A DNA stretch of 64,000 nt from contig OX597833.1 of NCBI GenBank assembly GCA_951406725.2, positions 50,220,001 to 50,284,000 of the forward strand, in the 5' to 3' direction. The notes beneath the pieces were generated by a model, which saw only the letters and a program-made list of their open reading frames with translations, was not told the DNA's origin and ran no database searches. The position numbers and the translations under genes were made by a program. The DNA comes from Octopus vulgaris (Eukaryota). The stretch's first letter is position 1. Each line of letters starts with the position of its first letter. Below, piece by piece: positions 53,565 to 64,000 of this stretch.

Positions 53565-53955
53565 CTAGCAGTATCGCTCGACGTTGCTCGGGTTTGTTTC
53601 GACCCATTAGAATTGGAATATTTGAAAAGTAAAAATTTTGCATTATGTAGCTTATTATTCTCTTTAAGTGAACATTTTTCTGGTTGATATACACCGAAAA
53701 ATGGCAACACAGCAGTCAAAAAATCATAAAAAATAGGGATTTTCATTGAAAAAAAAAAGCATCTTTTTGATGTAAATAATTTTCGGTGTTAACATGGTCC
53801 GATTTGAATTTTATCTTCTACGGAAGGAAGAGCAAGCCTTCTTCTATCATACTATCAATTTTGGTCAACTTGCGCCGCAGAGTCTCGGAGGAGATAGTGT
53901 TAGTTGAAGGCTACCAAACCTGCTATAAACAGACAACTTCAGCTTTATATATAGA
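53565..53955 (-). mobile_element. Non-autonomous Helitron, about 390 bp
   Basis: Minus strand starts TCTATATATAAAGCTG and ends cccgagcaacgtcgagcgatactgCTAG|T, giving 5' TC, a subterminal GC hairpin remnant and 3' CTAG. Confidence 0.7.
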
Positions 53956-54032
53956 AAGTTTGTGCATCGTATGCACGTCAGTGGAGAGAAACGTTACAGG
54001 AATATACAAGTTTGTTTATAAGTTAGCGTGAA

Positions 54033-54335
54033 GACGCGTGGCTTAGTGGCGAGGGTATTTGGTTCGTGAGTTCGATTTCCACCTGCGCGTTGTGTCCTTC
54101 ATTCACTAAAATACTTTTATTTCACGTGGCTACAGGCCTACTCAGCAGGCAAAAATGTGTATAGTACCTGTAATTCATAGGGACCAACCTTGTCACATTC
54201 TGTGTCACACTGAATCTCCTGGAGAACTATGTTAAGGGTATGCGTGTCTGCGGGGTCCTCAGCCACTTACACGTTAATTTCATGAGCAGGCTGTTCCGTT
54301 GATCAGGTTCGTGAGAAAGTTGTTTCGTAACCCAC
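54033..54335 (+). mobile_element. SINE family C-related copy with a different 3' region
   Basis: gcgtggcttagtgg..gagttcgatt..tatttcacgtggct.cag..actcagc..caaaaatg. Confidence 0.7.
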
Positions 54336-54527
54336 GGAATGCTAGTTTTATACATACATACATTCCGGGGTGACATGCTAGAAAGAGTAGCTAATTTTAC
54401 TTCAGTTCACACAAGAATATTAATATTTATACAGTTCAATTTAGGTGGTGTAGACCAGGAGTTCTCAACCATTTCTTATCACTGGACCCCCTTGATTACT
54501 ATTTTGTTTAATTTTAAAATTAGTTGT

Positions 54528-54690
54528 AGGCGTAGGAGTGGCTGTGTGTTAAGTAGCTTGCTTACCAACCACATGGTTCCGGGTTCAGTCCCATTGCGTG
54601 GCACCTTGGGTAAGTGTCTTCTACTATAGCCTCGGGCCGACCAAAGCCTTGTGAGTGGATTTGGTAGACGGAAACTGAAAGAAGCCCGTC

Positions 54691-54734
<44 letters not shown>

Positions 54735-54952
54735 GTGTGTCTGTGTTTGTCCCCCCCCCCCAGCATCGCTTGACAATCGATGGTGGTGTGCTTACGTCCC
54801 CGTAACTTAGCGGTTCTGCAAAATACACCGATAGAATAAGTACAAGGCTTACAAAGACTAAAGTCTTGGGGCCGATGATTTGCTCGACTAAAAGCGGTGC
54901 TCCAGCATGGCCACAGTCAAATGACTGAAACAAGTAAAAGAGTAAAAGAGTA
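54528..54952 (+). mobile_element. SINE family A, full length
   Basis: ggcgtaggagtggctgtgtg head through the gtaaaagagtaaaagag tail. Confidence 0.93.
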
Positions 54953-55609
54953 TAGAGAAACTTCTTTCAAAATAATCATTTTCTTTTTTTTTTTTTTTTC
55001 ACACATTAACTTGTGTAGGTTGGACTATGTAAAATGTTAGAGAAGACAGTTTCTTGAAATACATACCAATACCGCCCCCCACCCCCTGCTACAAGTGGGT
55101 TATGTACTGGTACCAGTGCATACCCCCGAAGGGTTTGTGTTATTCTGTTTCTGTGAGATTTTTAAAAACTTTATAATCTGTAAGGAAATCCTCCATGAAA
55201 TATATACATATTTGTTTCAACTCAAGGGCTGTGGTCACACTGGGGCACCACCGGCTGGTATTGCTACACCTTCACTGATCCTCCATTAATTGTTCATATT
55301 TGGCGAATGAGGGAGTTTGATGCTGCTGCCCTCATTCTATTTACTGCCGTGAAGCTGGTTTATCTGTGACTCTAGAATGTGGGAGATCCTGTTTAGTTTT
55401 CAACACATCTACATCAACTCCGTGTAGGGCTCTCAGCGCCTTCGAGACTATATTATAGAGTAGGTGGGCCCTTGAAACTTAAGCTATTCTAGTATCTGGT
55501 CCTGTATATTGACGATACGGAAGGGATTTTGGGAACTATATCTTCCTTCTCTAATGCGTATAATTCTCAAATTTTTATCCATACAGAGGCACACACATTT
55601 ATATTCATC

Positions 55610-55672
<63 letters not shown>

Positions 55673-55685
55673 GTATGTGTGTGTT

Positions 55686-55942
55686 TATTGCTCTCTGTGT
55701 ATGAGTATGTGAATATTCTAGTATATGTCTGTATCGAAAGAACGCATAGGTCCTTATATTGAAAAAAGTTTTAATTCATACGTACATAAGATTATATATG
55801 TAAATGTATGTGTGTGTGTGTGTGTATTGCTCTCTGGGTATGAGTATGTGAATATTTTAGTATATGTCTGTATCGGAAGTACGCATAGGTCCCTATATTG
55901 AAAAAAGTTTTAATTCATATGTACACAAGATTATATATGTAA

Positions 55943-55945
<3 letters not shown>
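55686..55945. repeat. Tandem duplication of an approximately 139-bp unit
   Basis: tattgctctctg..tatgagtatgtgaatatt..cgcataggtcc.tatattgaaaaaagttttaattcata at 55686 and 55825. Confidence 0.9.
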
Positions 55946-55977
<32 letters not shown>

Positions 55978-56339
55978 TATATTTCTTGTAGAATGTATGT
56001 ATATGCATATATATGCGATGACATATGCATACACACACTGACATATAAATACATACACGAAACACATATACTTACATACACCTATATATATATACACTTT
56101 TACATACCTGCATATAAATACATCCCTAAATATGTCTAGATAACAAAAAAAAACCATGCCGTTTGTGCGTGCCGACCTAAATTGCAAACTAAGAAAGTAA
56201 AATATATTTCTTTGTTGTAATCCCCTGAACACGTATCAAAAATACGAATATATAAGACAATTGTGGTTTCCCGAGATTGTTAAATATTGATTTCATGTAG
56301 GAAACACATGTATAAAGAATAAAGATTTTGTACATGTAA

Positions 56340-57375
<1,036 letters not shown>

Positions 57376-57812
57376 TTAGTTCAAATTTAGAGTAACAAAA
57401 GACGAAGACAAATGAAGAACTACAAGCAGGTATAACATACATCTGTACACACATACTTAAACGATTATATACTTGCTAAGAGTCCCATGATCTAGTGGGG
57501 GTCACATCAAAATACTCCGATAGTTTCCATGCATATAGATAAAAAACATTTTTATTCTACTACGCTTTAAAAAAATTTGTTTTAATAAACTGACAACCCA
57601 TATTTGAGTATCGGGTTACAAATATCTCATAAAGCAGTGATCACATAGGTAGGTATTATTTCTGAAGTGTGTACATATTAGATACTGAAATATTCAATGT
57701 TGTATATGCCAGGTGTTTTAATTAATGGCTGCGTGTGTACTCATCCGATTTCGTTCCAGTAGAAGTAAGTTAGTGTTTTTCATTCAGTGAATAAGGTTGG
57801 TTTTTCTACGTA

Positions 57813-57868
<56 letters not shown>

Positions 57869-58073
57869 GACGTATATGTATATATACGTATACTAATAGG
57901 TACAAGAAGGGTAAAATTACATTAATGATGTTAATAATTTCTCATATATAATCGTACACACGAATAAATGCAAAAAGAAAAAGAAAAAGAGAACAAAATA
58001 CGCTGCGAAGTGATATAGTAAAGAGGTGTTCATAAATATGATGAGTCTGTAGATGTATGTGTATATAAATATG

Positions 58074-58141
<68 letters not shown>

Positions 58142-58181
58142 GATATGTATGTATATATATATGCATGTATGTATAAATATG

Positions 58182-58212
<31 letters not shown>

Positions 58213-58348
58213 GTATATATGTATATATGTATACATATAAATGTATGTATGTATATATGTATATATATATATGTGTGTATATACATGCACATATGTAGAT
58301 ATATGCATATATCTATAAGTATGTGTTTGTAGATATGTAAATATAAAT

Positions 58349-58380
<32 letters not shown>

Positions 58381-58728
58381 ACAAAGTGAAGATAGACAGC
58401 TAGATATACATGTATGTATGTATATATTTAAATCTATATATATGCGCGTGCATATATGTGTATGTATATATACATGCATACATATATAAGGTATGTATTG
58501 TATATATAGATATTCATATGAATATGTGCGTGTGTGTTTAAATGCATAGGTATGTACATATATAGGTATAGAAAATAATGTATATATAAGTATAAATCAT
58601 GTATGTACACACACACGTACTCATACTCAAAGGTAGATGGAAGAATTCACGTATACCTAAAATTTGTAAATATTGAACAATTTATGAATTTGCGTGTATT
58701 TCGTACTTAGGTATATGCTTCAATTTAG

Positions 58729-58759
<31 letters not shown>

Positions 58760-59149
58760 CAATCACACACTCACATGTATGTATGGATATAAATATTTTA
58801 ATACGAACTACAAAAACATTATCACCAGTGTATATATATGACGGTTTTATACATACACAGACAGTGAAAGATACAAAATATTTTACTCCGTAGCCAAGGA
58901 TTTCCGCCCTTCAACAACACACGTGTGTGGCTGTATGTATGTATCTATATTTGTGTGCGTGTGTTTGTTCGTGTTTGTGTGTTTTCGTTTTCATATGTAT
59001 GTACGCGACTATCTCGGGTCTCGATATCCATATTATGATATGGAATATAAAGCATTTTTTCGATAAAGCAATATATGTGGTGAAAATATTTTCAAAGATC
59101 TTTCGCTAGCCATATACACATAAGGCTAGGCTTCCCGGATTCTGTGGGG

Positions 59150-59330
59150 TCATATATACCCTGGCTGGACAGCATGCCGGTCAAGTCGTAGTATCAGCCG
59201 TTTTTACCAGCTGAATGTACGGTAGCAAAAGTGAAATGATATTTTTTTTAACTGAAGAACACAATGCATCGACCGGACACAAGAATCGAACCGACAATCT
59301 CACCATCATAAGTGCTACACGCTAATCGCA
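59150..59330 (-). mobile_element. Degenerate SINE (family C-like)
   Basis: ccagctga.tg.ac.g..gcaa..gtgaaatga....aagaacacaatgca..gaatcgaacc. Confidence 0.6.
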
Positions 59331-59535
59331 CCTTCACAAATTCTGTATGTATGTATATATGTGTGTGTGTGTATGTGTGTCCGTTTCCTTGTTTTGTTTT
59401 AATGTTTTCGTTTCTCGTTGTGTTCTACGCATTTTTTGTGGTGTCCTGTACCCATATATGCATGTGTATATACATATAGAGGTAGGTATGTACATATATG
59501 TATGTATGTATGCATATGTTTTATTTATTAAATTG

Positions 59536-59595
<60 letters not shown>

Positions 59596-59599
59596 ATGT

Positions 59600-59810
59600 A
59601 TTGTGACCTCGTGTGTACCATTGGCGATTTTTTTCCTCTGTCTTCCCTTCTCTGGATCTTTCCTTCTCCTATGTTTCCGACGAAGAGCTCCGCTCGAAAC
59701 GTTAAACCCTCCTTCTTTCCTTCTTTCCTGACCGTCCAATAATACTATATTTGTTCCACGTCCTCGCGTTGTTGTGTTTTCTCTTTGTGTTTTCTTGTTT
59801 GGATAAACTT
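59600..59810 (+). mobile_element. Penelope-like terminal fragment with hammerhead-like motif (59673-59707)
   Basis: gttt-CCGACGA-a-gagc-tcc-gctc-GAAAC-GTT-aaac; lies between TA/TG tracts; homologous to 20603-20745. Confidence 0.62.
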
Positions 59811-59881
<71 letters not shown>

Positions 59882-60258
59882 ATGTATGTATGTATGTATG
59901 TATGTATGTATGTATGTATGTATGTATGTATGTATGTATGCTTGCTTGTGTGTAAGTGTGTGGATGTAGTTGTATGCAAGTGTATCTATGCGGATAGATG
60001 TACGGAATATCGTAAACTTTCGTAATGTTTATGCACAAAGTTATCTGTATAATATTGATGTTAATCTCAGTGTTCCATAGTATGCTTATATGAGGAAACT
60101 TTAATACATGGAGATTTCAAAGTCTGTTGCTGCGAAGACAAAACATTATGTATGTCAGTAATAGACAATGCATGCATGGTCCCGTCTGACTATATACACA
60201 GCCAAGATAGACAGACGGATAGACATACACACACACACTCACACCCAGACACACATAT

Positions 60259-60295
<37 letters not shown>

Positions 60296-60645
60296 CCTGA
60301 GCGCCTATTAATAATAATACTGTAATTGTTCCATTGTTGTTGTTTTTTTTGTTTCCCGTTTGGATTAAAAAAATATATATATATATATAAATTCATCAAA
60401 AGGTTTCAGCCCCAAAGCTGCGGCCATGCTGGGGCACCACCGTCGAATGAGCTACACTAGTATGTGAAACCACCTCTGATACGTTGCACTTTGTCAACAA
60501 GGGTGTTCGAGGCCGCTGCCCGCATCTGTGTTTCCTGCCGAGAGGTAGGTTCCTCTGGAACCCCTGACAAGAAGAGATCCTATATATATATATATGTATG
60601 TATGTATATTTACACATACACGTTTATATATACGTACGTACATAC

Positions 60646-60696
<51 letters not shown>

Positions 60697-61030
60697 GTGT
60701 ATATATAAGTCGATATAGAGTATTTATCATGTATAATTGTTAGTTTGGCTCGGTGTGCGTATTTGGGGTTTTCCGTTTATATTGATATCACTTTGATTTA
60801 AAGTGTCGACTATAGACTTCATCTTTTTGTGTGTATATAGAGTTGGTTTTGTATTTTGTTTTATTTAAATCTATCGATATGTGTATATATGTGGGAGTGA
60901 ATGAATTATGTGCTATATATGAGCATATAGAGTATTTATCACTTTTAAAATATTTATATGAGTATATATGTATATATGTATGTATATATATATATATATA
61001 CACATATATACATACATATATATGCATTAA

Positions 61031-61080
<50 letters not shown>

Positions 61081-62002
61081 TGCTTTGATATATTTATGTA
61101 CAAGTGTGTATATATGTGCATTAAAAAATATATATGTATATATGTAAGTCTACCATTCCAGGACCCGGTATACAAACAAACATACATGTATACTTACATG
61201 CGCACACGCATATACGCATACATACATACATACGTACATGCACAAACATATATATGTGTATATATACACACACATATATATATATATAAATACATATATG
61301 CATATACATACATATATATACATCTATATGCATACATATATACATACATATAAACATACGTACATATATACATACATATACATACATATATACATACCTA
61401 TATACATACATATACATACATACATAAACATACATATATATATACATACATATATACATATATATAATACATACATATATATATATATAATACATACATA
61501 TATATATAGACAGATTTATATATATATATATATATATATACATACATAGAAAGATTTGTGAAGATGTATATATTTACCTACCCCTGTACACACACATATA
61601 TGTACACACACACACACACTTATATATGCATATATACAAGCATACATACTTGTATATCTTACATATACATAAGTATGCATCTATCAATTATAGAATTAAG
61701 TGAGCATTTATTAAGGCATTGAAGAGGATAGAAGCATCGGGAATCTGAATTATTTACATGCATTTAGTCTAATTTCTATAGTACATTTGAAGTGCAATTA
61801 TTTGCTTCATTTACAAAAGTATATATTTCTACTTCATTTTATAAATATAAATATATATATAATGTGTGTGTGTATGTGTGTGTGAGTTCTGTAATGTATT
61901 ACATGTATGAATGAAATATTTTTCCAAAATATTAAACCGTCACTGTAATGATAAATTATTCAATACATTTTTATTTTCTATCATTGCTAAAGATTTTCCA
62001 AC

Positions 62003-62023
62003 ATATCTATCTATAATCTGTCT

Positions 62024-62118
<95 letters not shown>

Positions 62119-62279
62119 GTCATTTATCTATCCATCTATCTATCTATCTATCTATCCATCTATCCATCTATCTATCCATCATTTATCTATCATCTATTTA
62201 TCTATCTATCCATCCATCTATCTGTCATTTATCTATCATCTATCTATCTATCTATCCATCTATCTGTCATTTATCTATC

Positions 62280-62322
<43 letters not shown>

Positions 62323-62345
62323 CATCTATCTGTCATTTATCTATC

Positions 62346-62400
<55 letters not shown>

Positions 62401-62623
62401 CATCTATCCATCTATCTGTCATTTATCTATCATCTATCTATCTATCTATCTATCTATCCATCTATCCATCTATCTGTCATTTATCTATCATCTATCTATC
62501 TATCTATCAATCTATCCATCTATCCATCTATCCATCTATCTATCTGTCATTTATCTATCATCTATCTATCATTTATCTATCATCTATCTATCCATCTATC
62601 ATTTATCTATCATCTATCTATCC

Positions 62624-62684
<61 letters not shown>

Positions 62685-62720
62685 CATACATACATACATA
62701 CATACATACATACATACATA
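62003..62720. repeat. (ATCT)n tract with recurring ctgtcatttat interruptions, then (ATAC)n
   Basis: Directly visible. Confidence 0.95.
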
Positions 62721-62989
62721 GGAAGAATCATGTTGAACCCAAGTTTGTTCCCAACGTATTTTCCACCATTGTGTTAATTTGCTACGTCAGTATTGGATGT
62801 TCCAAATGCAACATCATTCATCTATACATACACACACACACACACACACACATGCATACATACATACATACATACATACATACATACATACATACATACA
62901 TACACACATACATCCCTCCATACATACATACATATATATATATATTTTGTGCAAGTTGTAACATGTGATACAGTTCCACCTGTCTCGCA

Positions 62990-63535
62990 ATCGTTTTAAC
63001 AGCAACTGAAAGAGCATCCCGCCAGGCCAAATTGCTGATGTGGATGATTAGAAGCCCTGCAAACAAACGCTCTCATAAAAACAGATGACTCGGTATAAGG
63101 ACCACGATCATCTTCCAATCGTCTGTAGGGACATAGGGTTCAATACTGGCTCTTATCAGGTCAGACAAGTTTGGGGCTGTTGGATCCTAGTTCTTGTCCG
63201 AACATGATTAGGAGAAAGGAATTCGTATAACATGATGCAATCTTTGTGCTGACCATCCTTTTTTGTCAAAGACTCTAGGAAGCTAAAGGCTACGGATGAA
63301 AAGCGAAAGCGATGTACTGTCTCAGCTTCCAGTAGCTTTCCAACACAATATATTTCGGGGCGCTGGAATGAGAAAGTCATTTGCTCTATAGCCTTCACGG
63401 TGAGGGTTCTGGTACTAGGAAAATCATAACGAAACAGTTTTTATAAAACTAGGTGGAGTGGGCCTTGTTGCGGAAGTGAGGATGTCACGAATGTCTTCCA
63501 CAATAAAATGCAGGTGTTTCGGTGGTTTCGTTGAT
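62990..63535 (-). pseudogene. Possible decayed retroelement ORF1/gag remnant
   Basis: Complex sequence with long open stretches; AFVCRASNHPHQQF (63070-63029) has CX2CX4HX4C spacing but both outer Cys are lost; needs a frameshift and stops. Confidence 0.3.
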
Positions 63536-63661
63536 ACCTACCTACCTACCTATACATACATACATACATACATACATACATACATACATACATACATACA
63601 TACATACATACATACATGAAGTTGTTTATATGTTATGTCTCCACACGCATCAGTGAATGTT

Positions 63662-63950
63662 CATGGCTCAGTGGTTAGAACGCCAAACTTACGACTGCGA
63701 GTTTGCGTGTCCGATTCCCGGACCGGGCTGCATGTTTCAGTTCACTCAACTGTAGAAATGAGTTGCAACGTCACTGATGCCAAGCTGTATCGGCCTTGCC
63801 TTCCCCTTAGATAACACTGGTGGAATGGAGAGGGGAGGCTGATAAGCATGGGTGATTGCTGGTCTTTCATAAACAACCTTGCCCGGACTTGTGCCTGGGA
63901 TTGTAACTTTCTGGGTGCAATCCCATGGTCATTCATGACCGAAGGGTCTC
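63662..63950 (+). mobile_element. SINE family C with internal deletion
   Basis: catggctcagtggttagaacg..ctgtagaaatgagttgc..ccatggtc..gaccgaaggg; homologous to 18793-19121. Confidence 0.85.
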
Positions 63951-64000
63951 CACACGCATATATATATATACGATAGATAGATAAATAGATAGACAAACAC

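Noticed and set aside
54456-54495. hAT-like terminus caggagttctcaacc
   Set aside because: No matching second terminus or TSD found

Overview
Repeat-dominated, AT-rich eukaryotic DNA, apparently intronic or intergenic. The dense (TA)n/(TG)n/(TAGA)n/(TAA)n/(GAA)n microsatellites and the tRNA-headed SINE families look like an octopus (coleoid cephalopod) genome; this is inferred from recalled repeat content, not from a search. No host protein-coding exon can be supported, and almost all ORF-track entries are translations of microsatellites or SINEs. The window holds four SINE families (labelled A-D here, two forming tandem arrays), two CR1/L2-type LINE 3' fragments, a possible LINE ORF1 remnant, several MITEs (fold-back, Tc2/pogo-like, hAT-like), a non-autonomous Helitron and a 5'-truncated 5S rRNA copy next to a SINE. 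The most interesting signal is a set of minimal type-I hammerhead ribozyme motifs in Penelope-like or retrozyme-like fragments, mostly within or beside (TA)n tracts. One is canonical (19591-19633, minus) and sits in a 1.26-kb element bounded by perfect inverted repeats. One has an extended stem II (33751-33840). Four more form a related family with covarying stem I. All folds were read by eye and none was computed or tested.
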